In this document: positions 8,402 through 17,134 of the stretch, in pieces
Layout: every line of letters begins with the position of its first letter
Position numbering within the stretch: position 1 is the first letter of the stretch
Virus record (IMG/VR): IMGVR_UViG_3300031087_000527
Span: 145,384-209,383 of that record
Strand: one strand, 5' to 3'
Origin: a virus
Taxonomy: Duplodnaviria; Heunggongvirae; Uroviricota; Caudoviricetes
DNA: 64,000 bases
Position numbers and translations under genes: made by a program
The notes under the pieces: generated by a model
Told to the model about the DNA's origin: nothing
Database searches by the model: none
Seen by the model: only the letters and a program-made list of their open reading frames with translations

Positions 8402-8715
8402 TTGTTCAAAAGTTAATCTATAACGAAAAGCTGACACAGTTCTTCAAGAACTTCTTTGCGGGTGCGGTTAAGGCTGCCTACGTTTCATTCACTGAAGATG
8501 CAGGTGAAAGCGATGATGATCTGAGAAAAGAAAGCCAGAGAATTACAGATGAGCTGTCAAATATCAATCTTAGCCTTCCTATAAACGCCGTGGATTTTAA
8601 ATCGGTGATTGTCCTGGATATTTCAGGTGAATTGGTTGAGCTGACGATGGTGCATGAAGCAACGTCTATGATTTTTGCTAAAATTGATAAGGAAGATTGT
8701 ATTTTTATCAGTTAA
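8398..8715 (+). CDS. hypothetical protein (105 aa)
   Basis: Translationally coupled (ATGA overlap). Bidirectional terminator at about 8745. Confidence 0.7.
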   Translation: MIVQKLIYNEKLTQFFKNFFAGAVKAAYVSFTEDAGESDDDLRKESQRITDELSNINLSLPINAVDFKSVIVLDISGELVELTMVHEATSMIFAKIDKEDCIFIS

Positions 8716-8770
8716 AGGTTGATGACGTTTAGTGTATAAAGAACTCCTCTTGGTGAGGAGTTTTTCATTA

Positions 8771-9205
8771 TTACATTTTGAATTTACGCTGGAACTCTTC
8801 TTTTTGATTCAGGCTTCTTTTAATATCACTGATTACAGAGTTAGTTGGAACAATCCAGTCTCCCATAGAACCGATAGCATCATTTGTAACAACCAAATCT
8901 TTCATTACTTCAGCATACTTTGGTTGCGCTAAAAGTTTATCAACATTGCGCATCATATTTTCAAACTGTTCAGGGTATTTCTGCTCAGAAGGCGCATAAG
9001 GCGTGCCATGATCTCCCGGCTTATTTAAAATATAGGCAAGCTTAAAGCAGTCATATTTTTCGCCTTTACTGTCTATATAATCTTTTAGTAAATCGCCAAG
9101 ATTTTCAATAGGAATCGCTTCCTTCTTGAATAATTTCACTTGTTGCTCAAGCTCGGTTTTTTCTAAGTTTTTTTTGAAACTTTTTAATCTTTCTGAAAAG
9201 CTCAT
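8771..9205 (-). CDS. hypothetical protein (144 aa)
   Basis: Minus-strand ATG preceded by AAGGAAAT. Convergent with 8398..8715 across a shared hairpin. Confidence 0.7.
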   Translation of the reverse strand: MSFSERLKSFKKNLEKTELEQQVKLFKKEAIPIENLGDLLKDYIDSKGEKYDCFKLAYILNKPGDHGTPYAPSEQKYPEQFENMMRNVDKLLAQPKYAEVMKDLVVTNDAIGSMGDWIVPTNSVISDIKRSLNQKEEFQRKFKM

Positions 9206-9369
9206 TTTTTATTTCCTTAATGTAGTGTATAGTTACAATTTAAGAGCATTACAATATAAAGTAAAGCCATAGCTGAATGAAAAAAGAGTAATTCTGAGCG
9301 AGAAAATGAAGTATGGCTTAAAAAGTGCTTGCAATCGAGTTTCTGATTGGATAGAATGTTTTGTATAGC

Positions 9370-9444
9370 GTCCTGTTAGTTAAACGGATATAATCCCCTC
9401 CTCCTAAGAGGGAGTTGCAGGTTCGATTCCTGCACGGGACACCA
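9370..9444 (+). tRNA. tRNA-Arg (anticodon CCT)
   Basis: Acceptor GTCCTGT/ACGGGAC. D arm GTTA-AACGGATA-TAAT. Anticodon stem CCCTC/GAGGG with loop CTCCTAA. T arm GCAGG-TTCGATT-CCTGC. A-CCA. Confidence 0.8.
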
Positions 9445-9687
9445 CCGAGTGGTCTAATCAGCCACTAATCCTCCTCGGATGAAGAGAAGAGACGTGATTG
9501 TCTCAAGAGGCTTCTGGCAAGCAAGTTGTTTGCCCGGCATATAACCGTTAGAGATATCGTCTTGGTAGAGGCGTCAGTAAGAAGCGTGGAGAGGCTGTAT
9601 TAACTCTGTGAAGCGTGATTACCTACTGGATTAGCAGATCAGCCAGCATCGTATGACGCGGTGTGTGGGTTAAAGTGGCTAGTCAAT
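9445..9687 (+). ncRNA. 243-nt ORF-free spacer inside the tRNA cluster; candidate stable small RNA(s) or processing substrate
   Basis: No ORF longer than 40 codons on either strand. Nested hairpins occur immediately after the tRNA, such as CCGAG-GTGGtctaatcagCCAC-...-CTCGG. T4 tRNA clusters carry similar stable RNAs. Confidence 0.25.
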
Positions 9688-9762
9688 GATTTTTTAGCTC
9701 AACGGGTAGAGCATTGGCGGGAGAATCCGCTGACGACGTAGGTTCGAGTCCTGCAGAAATCA
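9688..9762 (+). tRNA. tRNA-like gene with 6-nt anticodon-region loop (GGCGG-GAGAAT-CCGCT); probably a pseudo-tRNA
   Basis: Acceptor GATTTTT/AGAAATC. D arm GCTC-AACGGGTA-GAGC. T arm GTAGG-TTCGAGT-CCTGC. No encoded CCA. Confidence 0.4.
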
Positions 9763-9892
9763 CCTGTTTTATTAGGTTGCGTCCGACAACGTGAGTGGAT
9801 GTGAAAGGTAATAGCACGTTTGGAGCGAAACCAGACTTTCCTATTATCGTTTAAGAGGTGGGCCGATACAACACCTAACCTGATAAGACTAT

Positions 9893-9968
9893 GCACTTGT
9901 AGCTCAGTTGGTAGAGCACTGGATTGAAGATCCGGGTGTCGGGGGTTCGAATCCCTCCGAGTGCACCA
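9893..9968 (+). tRNA. tRNA-Phe (anticodon GAA), second copy
   Basis: Acceptor GCACTTG/CGAGTGC. Same D arm and anticodon stem as 2962. Loop TTGAAGA. T arm GGGGG-TTCGAAT-CCCTC. A-CCA. Confidence 0.85.
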
Positions 9969-10095
9969 TTTTCTCTTCCTCTTATCATTTCAAAAATACC
10001 AATCTAATCTGAAAAGTCTTTACGATAACAATTTGATAAAAAATATTCAATATTGTAAGCTATTTTTAAATAATCATTAAATAGGCGAAACAAAT

Positions 10096-10314
10096 ATGAT
10101 CGTAAAAACTATATTTCTTATTTCTGTTTTTGGTGTTCATGGAAGCACTATTACAAACGTTCAGGTTATGCCTGATATGGCAACATGTAATACGGCGAAA
10201 GAGTTGGTTAATGATGTCAGCTATCAGCCAGAGAAACTGCGTGGTGAAGATTGGGGCAAATATATTTTTAAGCCACGTAAGATTGAATGTGTTGAAAAAG
10301 AAGTAAAGAAATAA
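10096..10314 (+). CDS. small secreted protein (72 aa, signal-peptide-like N-terminus)
   Basis: N-terminus MIVKTIFLISVFGVHGST is signal-peptide-like. Weak SD. Confidence 0.55.
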   Translation: MIVKTIFLISVFGVHGSTITNVQVMPDMATCNTAKELVNDVSYQPEKLRGEDWGKYIFKPRKIECVEKEVKK

Positions 10315-10356
10315 CTTAAATTATAAAAAATGGCTTATTTCGATAAGCCATTTTGC

Positions 10357-11310
10357 TTAATAAACATAATCAAGTTTAGGTTCTTCATGGAAAAGAGTTT
10401 CATAGTTTCTTTCTCGTGCTGATCTCACGAAGTGTTTCATCTTGTTGTAGTTAAATGGCTCTGTATACTCACGATCTTTGATTCGTTGAGATAATAATAA
10501 AGACTCGTTTCTATCCCAATAGGTATATTCAAGAGCATTTTTGCCAGTTTTATCAACCTGGTGAACATCTATTCCTGCGTTTACCAGCATTCTCGCTTTA
10601 TCAATATCAGCGCCAGCACCAAATAAGGCATTACGCCCCCACTCATCTATTTGATTGACATTAATACCTTTCTCAATCAGAGCGGTTAATAGCTGCAGGC
10701 TTCCATCTCTTTCATTACTATCTAAATAGAAAAGCATATTCCGCCCGTATTTATCTACCTGATGAATATTGATGCCATGCTCAACCAGAAATAAGCCTTT
10801 TTCTGCATCAAGAGTGAATAAACCATTACGTTGGGTTTTGGGGTTCACCTGATGTATATCGGCTCCATATTTAATATAAAGTTGGCCCATTTCTTTTTGA
10901 TTATCCAAGCAAAAAGATAGCTCATCAAAAACAGTCTGACCTTTTTTATTTTTCTGGTTAATGTTAATACCTTTCTCTAATAAATAGGTGGAGCTTTCAA
11001 TATTGGTGCTTTGGCTAAAAAGTGCATTTTCGCCATAGATATCAACATTATTAATGTCTGCACCATTTTCTATAAAGAGTTTTATTTTGGTTAACTCATC
11101 GGTTTTAGAAAATGGTGTAAATCCACTAGTTGTTCTGACATTAAAATCAAGAGGTTCAGGTTTGCCCAATCCCCATAGCGTTCTTTTTTGGCTTCTTTTA
11201 ATAATTTCTTCAGCGCTCGCATCAAACATAAAAATCTGATCTTCTCTCAGACCAGCAAACTCTCTGGCGCGGTTATCGAATACACGCATAACATCAGTTA
11301 GACTAAACAT
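10357..11310 (-). CDS. ankyrin-repeat protein (about 317 aa; the track ORF extends to 11343)
   Basis: Minus-strand ATG preceded by AAGGAGAT. At least six 33-aa repeats with the pattern G.(D/N)(I/V)(N/H)Q.D..G.N.LF. Confidence 0.8.
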   Translation of the reverse strand: MFSLTDVMRVFDNRAREFAGLREDQIFMFDASAEEIIKRSQKRTLWGLGKPEPLDFNVRTTSGFTPFSKTDELTKIKLFIENGADINNVDIYGENALFSQSTNIESSTYLLEKGININQKNKKGQTVFDELSFCLDNQKEMGQLYIKYGADIHQVNPKTQRNGLFTLDAEKGLFLVEHGINIHQVDKYGRNMLFYLDSNERDGSLQLLTALIEKGINVNQIDEWGRNALFGAGADIDKARMLVNAGIDVHQVDKTGKNALEYTYWDRNESLLLSQRIKDREYTEPFNYNKMKHFVRSARERNYETLFHEEPKLDYVY

Positions 11311-11435
11311 TGTAATCTCCTTTATTTTTCTAAACTGTATCATTTAGCAGAGGGTAAATCAAATTGACAACTATATAGATTTGCTATTTGAAAAGCATAA
11401 TGATATAGAGCGTAAATAATCGATGGAGAATAAAT

Positions 11436-11822
11436 ATGAGCCTTTTTAAACTTGTTTCAGTATTAGGAATCGCCTCATTGGTGTGTTTTGTTGGTAGTAA
11501 TGTATATTGGGATGGGAAGCAAAAAGAGTCAGCAAATAGAGTGATGAGTGCCTATATTGAGACTCATAAGAGTCAGATACTCAATCAGAAATCAACCGAT
11601 AGTCTGGCCTGTAATAAGCAAGAATGTCTGGCAAACTTCAGTTCATTAAAATCAGAAAATCTTCTGACGGAAAAAGATGAGCGTTTCTTTAAAGAAGGTC
11701 AGTATTACATTTTTAACAAGAAAGAAGATGGCACCATAGCTTATCGCATCATTAAAAGCAAAGATGAGGTTAAAGCCGATAGCGATGCGTTATCTTTGGT
11801 GGCTGTGCTGACAATCATGTAA
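11436..11822 (+). CDS. membrane-anchored protein (128 aa)
   Basis: GGAG SD. N-terminal TM/signal LVSVLGIASLVCFVG. Confidence 0.7.
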   Translation: MSLFKLVSVLGIASLVCFVGSNVYWDGKQKESANRVMSAYIETHKSQILNQKSTDSLACNKQECLANFSSLKSENLLTEKDERFFKEGQYYIFNKKEDGTIAYRIIKSKDEVKADSDALSLVAVLTIM

Positions 11823-11890
11823 TAGTCATTGATTGCGATAGCCCAAAGGTGTATAGTATAGAGCCATAAAACACAATAGACGAGGTTGAT

Positions 11891-12097
11891 ATGTTAGATC
11901 TGTGGGGAGAATGTGAGAGCGTGTTGGCTGATGAAAAAAGTAAAGATAAACGCAAGAAGCGCCAAGATGATTTGAGTAATGTCTCTCTTGATCTTGTTAG
12001 TTCGCCGGGATATGGTATGTCAGGTAAAGGCGCAGACTCAAACGCAACGCAAGCTATGATTGAAGATTATGCCTCAGATGAGTTGGATGGTTGGTAA
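11891..12097 (+). CDS. hypothetical acidic small protein (68 aa)
   Basis: GAGG SD. Bidirectional terminator 12120..12143 (AAAAGCGGCCTAGCCGCTTTTTTT). Confidence 0.5.
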   Translation: MLDLWGECESVLADEKSKDKRKKRQDDLSNVSLDLVSSPGYGMSGKGADSNATQAMIEDYASDELDGW

Positions 12098-12139
12098 ATC
12101 TTAATAAGTTATTAAATAAAAGCGGCCTAGCCGCTTTTT

Positions 12140-12607
12140 TTAACTTAAAGATAAAGATATTTTATATGTAGTCTTTTTATCTTTTGTGCAGCTTTTTAAG
12201 ATGCTAATAGTTTTATATGGATTATTATAAAATACAGTGCCTGCGGTGGACTCAACTAAACAGTTATTATTATTGTAATCTTTATAGTGAATATTGAAAT
12301 AAGTATTGTCTTTCTCAGGTGTGTTTGGGTTGCGGACCTGTGTGAAGGTGAAATATGTGCTATCAGAGTCTGTGTTTTTATCAAAAAAAGATCCATCGGT
12401 TGTTTCTTTTAAACTTGAGTCTTTTTGATCAAAATAAAAATAATGTTTTTTATTATCGTAAGGAACGTAAAAAGTATGGCTATATCCAATTCCCACGTCA
12501 GGCACAATGCTTAAATTTATTCTTTCATAAACAGGTGTTGCTGATAATACAGTGGAAGAAAATAATGATGCGGATAACAATAAACTGGTTAATATAATTC
12601 TATTCAT
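12140..12607 (-). CDS. secreted protein (155 aa, signal peptide, N/Y/T-rich)
   Basis: Minus-strand ATG preceded by AAGGAC. N-terminus MNRIILTSLLLSASLFSSTVLSA. Confidence 0.6.
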   Translation of the reverse strand: MNRIILTSLLLSASLFSSTVLSATPVYERINLSIVPDVGIGYSHTFYVPYDNKKHYFYFDQKDSSLKETTDGSFFDKNTDSDSTYFTFTQVRNPNTPEKDNTYFNIHYKDYNNNNCLVESTAGTVFYNNPYKTISILKSCTKDKKTTYKISLSLS

Positions 12608-12813
12608 ATTTGTCCTTTTAAAAGTAGTTTAAGTGTATAAAAATAGTATCAAATTTATGAAAAATGTAAATGCATTTAAAAGAGTAATGTTAAGATTTGA
12701 TAATGATTTAAGACAAGTCCTATAAGGTAAACTTAAACAAGATTAGTTTGATGAAAAATGTTTTAATCCATTGGAAAACATGATAAAGTATACGCACTTT
12801 TAAAGGAGATACT

Positions 12814-14718
12814 ATGACATATTCTGAACGTCTTAATGATATTGCAATCGTAAAGCTGGACACTGAAGGCTTCTCATCACTCGATAGCCGCACTAAACGT
12901 CTGGCTTATCATCTGTCAGAAGCGGGTATGTGGGGGAAAGTGATCGGGCTGACTCAGGGATCAAGCGCTAACCTTATCGTTATTCCTGCACTAATCCATA
13001 TGTATAAACATCTTGATAAAGAAACTGAAGCTTTTAAGCAGGTTCGTGATAGTTTATTTATGCTCTTTGCGCACGGTGGTCTTTATCATACCACAACAGG
13101 TGAAAAACTGACACTGCCTCTGGATAGTGAGCAATTTGATGTATTGTGTTCTAATGTTTACTGTTCATTAGCTGCCTTATCGATTGAAATATTTCTTTTT
13201 GAGAACGATACCTATAATCTACCTTTATACCGCACCGTTCAAAAAGACGGCGTAGATGTGGTTAAGCAGTCTGGTGTTAACTTCTATGCTGGCCTTACCA
13301 CCGAGGAAGTAATTGCTTTTCGCAAAGAAGCCTACCCGAAACATGATAATGATGAGATTCCACCTTACGGATTTAACGAGAAACTCCTAAAAAATCATCT
13401 CACGGGTGAGATTAAACGAGAAGTCATCTTCGCTGATGGTCTTTATGGTCGCTATGTTAAAGAAATCATTAAAGAGCTTAAGCTTGCTCTGAACTACACT
13501 GAAAATGAAAAACAACATGCCTCTATTGAGACACTGATTACCTTCTATGAGACGGGTGATGCTGCTGATTTTGATAAGCACTGTGTAGCGTGGACGCAAG
13601 ATCAGGATAGTTCGATTTATTTCGTAAATGGCTTGATTGAATCTTATAAAGATCCGCTAGGTGTGGCGTGTAACTTTGAGAGTTTGGTTGCGTTTAAAAA
13701 TCCAGCACAGACAGCTAAAGTGAAGCGTATCATTGATAATATCCAGTGGTTTGAGGATAATCTCCCGTTTGATAAGCGCTTTAAGAAAGATAAGGCTGTA
13801 GGGCTATCTGCGAGTTCTATCAATGTTATTTCTATGGCTGGAGAAACCTCTCCTGTGCTGCCTTTAGGGATTAACTTGCCTAACAGCGACTGGATTCGTA
13901 AAAAGTTTGGTTCTAAATCCGTTACGTTGTCTAACGTGGATTCCTCACGTAGTAGCTATGATGTGCCATTAACCAAAGCCTTGTATCTGGATAAATATCA
14001 GGATCTGATTAAGCGTTATGGCAATGAGACGGGCATCCTTCATACGGACTTGCATGAGATTGCTGGTCATGGTTCGGGCAAAGTGCTGGACGGCGTTAAC
14101 AGTGATGTTCTGTCTACGTATTACTCTGTCATTGAGGAATGCCGTGCGGATCTTGTGGCGCTTTACTATATCCCGGATGAGAAGCTAAAAGAGATTGGTG
14201 TGTTTGCTGAGGATGTCAATGTTCGCGATGCGGCAATGGCTAAGTATGTAGCGTATTTCACTAATGGCGCTATCGGTCAGTTGCGCCGTGTGCGTTTTGG
14301 CGCTGATCTGACACAAGCTCACTTCAGAAACCGCCAGGTTATCTCTACATGGTTGCTTGAAAAAGCGAAGCCTGAACAGATGGCGATGGTTGTGAAGGAT
14401 GGTCAGTATTTCATTGAAGTGAATGATCTGGATGGTGTTCGCGTTCTGGTTGGTCAGTTGCTGGCAGAGGTTCAGCGTATTAAATCGGAAGGCGATTTTA
14501 ACGCGGCTAAAGCCCTCGTAGAGACGTATGGCACCAAAGTTAATAGGTTGGTTCATAAAGAGGTGTTGGAGCGTGTGAGTGGCTTAGGATTGGCGACAGT
14601 GGTAGGCTTCATGACGCCGATTCTGACACCTAACGGCGATGATATTGTTATTGAATATCAGGAAGACTTCCTGACTCAGCAGATTGAGTTGTTTGAGAAA
14701 TATTTCCTGAAGAAATAA
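12814..14718 (+). CDS. dipeptidyl-peptidase III-like zinc metallopeptidase (MEROPS M49 family), 634 aa
   Basis: AAAGGAGAT SD. HEIAGHGSGK and EECRAD lie about 40 aa apart, matching the M49 signature pair HELLGHGSGK / EECRAE. Confidence 0.85.
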   Translation: MTYSERLNDIAIVKLDTEGFSSLDSRTKRLAYHLSEAGMWGKVIGLTQGSSANLIVIPALIHMYKHLDKETEAFKQVRDSLFMLFAHGGLYHTTTGEKLTLPLDSEQFDVLCSNVYCSLAALSIEIFLFENDTYNLPLYRTVQKDGVDVVKQSGVNFYAGLTTEEVIAFRKEAYPKHDNDEIPPYGFNEKLLKNHLTGEIKREVIFADGLYGRYVKEIIKELKLALNYTENEKQHASIETLITFYETGDAADFDKHCVAWTQDQDSSIYFVNGLIESYKDPLGVACNFESLVAFKNPAQTAKVKRIIDNIQWFEDNLPFDKRFKKDKAVGLSASSINVISMAGETSPVLPLGINLPNSDWIRKKFGSKSVTLSNVDSSRSSYDVPLTKALYLDKYQDLIKRYGNETGILHTDLHEIAGHGSGKVLDGVNSDVLSTYYSVIEECRADLVALYYIPDEKLKEIGVFAEDVNVRDAAMAKYVAYFTNGAIGQLRRVRFGADLTQAHFRNRQVISTWLLEKAKPEQMAMVVKDGQYFIEVNDLDGVRVLVGQLLAEVQRIKSEGDFNAAKALVETYGTKVNRLVHKEVLERVSGLGLATVVGFMTPILTPNGDDIVIEYQEDFLTQQIELFEKYFLKK

Positions 14719-14728
14719 GATACAGATT

Positions 14729-14750
14729 AAGCCTCTTCGGAGGCTTTTTG
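14729..14750 (+). terminator. rho-independent terminator (GCCTCTTCGGAGGC plus T-run)
   Basis: Identical 14-nt hairpin reused at 15261 and 39858. Confidence 0.7.
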
Positions 14751-14813
14751 TGCTTGCTTTACATGGTTGTTGTCGATATAATCGCGATAATCTTACTTTT
14801 AGGAATCATCATC

Positions 14814-15248
14814 ATGTTGGTAATCAATAAAGACGTGTCGAAAGTGAAAGCAATTGTGCAGAAACAGGCTGAGTATTTAAGAGGTTCAGCCAGTGATAAC
14901 TTCTTTCGTAAGAATCATTACTCGTTTTTTATGACTGATGAATATTTATGTGTATCTATGTTGATTGAGGAGCAGTGGTCAGGTTCTTGCTGGTCAGACG
15001 ATATGGATGAGCCAAAGTATTACGAAGAGAAAACCTCACTGGTCAAAAAAGCAATTCGTGTTTTACTATCTGCGATGCTGCCAAAGAAAAACAACGTTCA
15101 AATTGGTTCTTTGGTTGAGGATGTTTTCGAAAAAATGCGTCGAGATATGCATACTGAATACGGTTATTATGGCAACTACGAAACGACTAAGCGATACACT
15201 ATAAACATTTCGGATGTTTATGATTTATTAGGTGAGGAATTCACATAA
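14814..15248 (+). CDS. hypothetical protein (144 aa)
   Basis: The track ORF from 14748 overlaps the terminator and a TATAAT box. AGGAAT SD before the ATG at 14814. Confidence 0.6.
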   Translation: MLVINKDVSKVKAIVQKQAEYLRGSASDNFFRKNHYSFFMTDEYLCVSMLIEEQWSGSCWSDDMDEPKYYEEKTSLVKKAIRVLLSAMLPKKNNVQIGSLVEDVFEKMRRDMHTEYGYYGNYETTKRYTINISDVYDLLGEEFT

Positions 15249-15260
15249 CATCGAATAAAA

Positions 15261-15284
15261 AGCCTCTTCGGAGGCTTTTTATTT
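15261..15284 (+). terminator. rho-independent terminator (GCCTCTTCGGAGGC plus TTTTT)
   Basis: Same hairpin as 14729. Confidence 0.7.
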
Positions 15285-15352
15285 AATAAAAGAGTTGTTA
15301 TTGTTGTCATAAAATGGTATGATGGCTGTGTTATTTAAAGAGGGTTAAAGTG

Positions 15353-15475
15353 ATGACTGACGTAAAAGAGTTAGTGGCTAAGTTGTTAGAAGACGCAAAA
15401 CGTCTGCAGGAAGTTGAGCCTAATGCGGGAACGGCTAAGCGCATTGAAGAAGCTCAGGAATTTTTAAAATCATAA
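15353..15475 (+). CDS. small ORF (40 aa)
   Basis: AAGAGGG SD. Not in the ORF track because it is shorter than 60 aa. Translates MTDVKELVAKLLEDAKRLQEVEPNAGTAKRIEEAQEFLKS. Confidence 0.4.
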   Translation: MTDVKELVAKLLEDAKRLQEVEPNAGTAKRIEEAQEFLKS

Positions 15476-15512
15476 GCCCTGTAGGGTGAAACCAAATAAA
15501 AGAGGATTTAAC

Positions 15513-15653
15513 ATGTCGGATAATAAAGTAATGACTGAAAAAGAAGTGAACGAGCAATATCAGAAAGATGTTGCTGATTCTAAAAGCTACGGAGACGAAA
15601 TCCGTGCGCAAGTTCGTCGTGATACTGCACTTGAGAAACTGCGCTCAAAATAA
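15513..15653 (+). CDS. small ORF (46 aa)
   Basis: AAGAGGA SD. Translates MSDNKVMTEKEVNEQYQKDVADSKSYGDEIRAQVRRDTALEKLRSK. Confidence 0.45.
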   Translation: MSDNKVMTEKEVNEQYQKDVADSKSYGDEIRAQVRRDTALEKLRSK

Positions 15654-15684
15654 TATAAACTGAATATTCCCAGCCGAGGTGTGT

Positions 15685-15861
15685 ATGTTTTATGAAGGAA
15701 CTGGAGATTATGGTCCTCGCCGCACGGTAGAAGAGCAGAAAATCTATGATCGCTATTCAGAAGAGTCTGTAAAGGCCAAAACGTATGGTGAAGAGTATTG
15801 GGCTAAAGACCGTCGCGATCAGGCTCTGTCTCGTCTTCCATCCTATCAACGTTCTAAATAA
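15685..15861 (+). CDS. small ORF (58 aa)
   Basis: GAGGTG SD. ATG at 15685. Confidence 0.45.
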   Translation: MFYEGTGDYGPRRTVEEQKIYDRYSEESVKAKTYGEEYWAKDRRDQALSRLPSYQRSK

Positions 15862-15870
15862 GGTGAGATA

Positions 15871-16590
15871 ATGTCTGATATTGATGCAGTTCAAAATGTT
15901 CATGTGGCGAAATTCAAAGGCAATATTAATATGTATTGGCCTATGGAAAATGTAGCAATGGATAAAGTTGTGCGTAATGCGGGAAATAAAACATTGACGC
16001 CTGAGCATATTCTGCTTGGTGGTGGTGCGGGTGAGCATTCGGCGCTTGTTATTTATAGTGATGCGGTAGTGCTTCAGACACTGATTTATGACTCATTGTT
16101 TAATACGCCAGAGTCATGGGATGGTCATGATCTTGATGTGGTTGCGTTCTTTAAGAAAAATGAGCAGCTTCATGATAAGTATTCGTATGGCATTGAAAAC
16201 CCAATGTTCGATGCTATTCGTGGTAGTTGGAGTATGGACACAAATCAGTGGCCTTTACAATCATGGGCGAGCTTTATTGATAACCTTGATAAAGATGATT
16301 TACTGTCAGAAGACACTCCTGAGCGCGTAATGATCGATATGCTTGGCGTATTCGTTTTGGAGCAAATGCCGCTGGTATGCTTGGTGGACAACGATATTCG
16401 TGAGATGGCAGAGCTGTATCGTAATAATAAGGCATCGCTGCGTCCTTATATGAAGCAGGAATACATTGATAAACTGCTGAGCTATTTCACTGCGCCAGAG
16501 CGGGGAGAAATGTGTGGAACAATTCATGAAAATGGAGAGACGCGCTGGGGATACAACCTTTCTGCCTGGAAAAAAGATAATAATCAATAA
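15871..16590 (+). CDS. hypothetical protein (239 aa)
   Basis: AAGGTGAG SD 6 nt upstream. Confidence 0.8.
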   Translation: MSDIDAVQNVHVAKFKGNINMYWPMENVAMDKVVRNAGNKTLTPEHILLGGGAGEHSALVIYSDAVVLQTLIYDSLFNTPESWDGHDLDVVAFFKKNEQLHDKYSYGIENPMFDAIRGSWSMDTNQWPLQSWASFIDNLDKDDLLSEDTPERVMIDMLGVFVLEQMPLVCLVDNDIREMAELYRNNKASLRPYMKQEYIDKLLSYFTAPERGEMCGTIHENGETRWGYNLSAWKKDNNQ

Positions 16591-16635
16591 AAGGTATTGT
16601 GCATGATAAAGGAAGCTGCTATAGTGGCTTCATTG

Positions 16636-16852
16636 TCTTCTTAGCTCAGCGGTTAGAGCCGAGGCCGTAGATCACGGTGGTTGCGAGACGAGAAAATATC
16701 TACGTAAGCGATGCGTATCAGTTAAAGTCTGATAAGGCCCCAGCAGGAAGCCTTTAGCTCAATGGCAGAGCCGTGGCGGAGTTGTCCGTGGTCGTGTAGA
16801 TCCTCGTTTTAATAAGCAATGCGCACTGGTTCGAATCCAGTAGAGGACACCA
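16636..16852 (+). ncRNA. 217-nt composite tRNA-like locus: canonical tRNA 3' half whose acceptor partner lies 210 nt upstream, with two D-arm-like modules between
   Basis: 3' end ACTGG-TTCGAAT-CCAGT, AGAGGAC-A-CCA. The only complementary 5' acceptor, GTCTTCT, is at 16636. D-arm copies are TAGCTCAGCGGTTAGAGCC (16643) and TAGCTCAATGGCAGAGCC (16756). GTAGATC heptamer repeated. No standard anticodon arm. Confidence 0.4.
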
Positions 16853-16876
16853 TTATTTCGAAAAGGAAAAGCTGAT

Positions 16877-17134
16877 ATGAGCATGAAAGTTTCTGAATTT
16901 ATTGAATGGTTAAAAACACAGCCTCAAGATGCTGAGGTAATGGTAATTAGCCATACCAGTGGCTCAAGTTATTATGATCAAGGTGGAAATATTCAGGTCG
17001 TTGCCTTTAACCCTGAAGAGTCAGCGCCGGGCAAGTATGATCCTACATTTGAGATGGATGACTTTAGTGGAGATGGCTTTAAGAACTCGCAGTTCTATGG
17101 TCAGAAGCAACTTCTGCTTGGAAGTCATGAGTAA
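16877..17134 (+). CDS. hypothetical protein (85 aa)
   Basis: AAAGGAAAAG SD. Terminator GAAGGGACTACTTTTAGTAGTCCTTTTTTT follows. Confidence 0.7.
   Translation: MSMKVSEFIEWLKTQPQDAEVMVISHTSGSSYYDQGGNIQVVAFNPEESAPGKYDPTFEMDDFSGDGFKNSQFYGQKQLLLGSHE

Noticed and set aside
9699-9896. Minus-strand 65-aa track ORF
   Set aside because: It overlaps two tRNA genes and is antisense.
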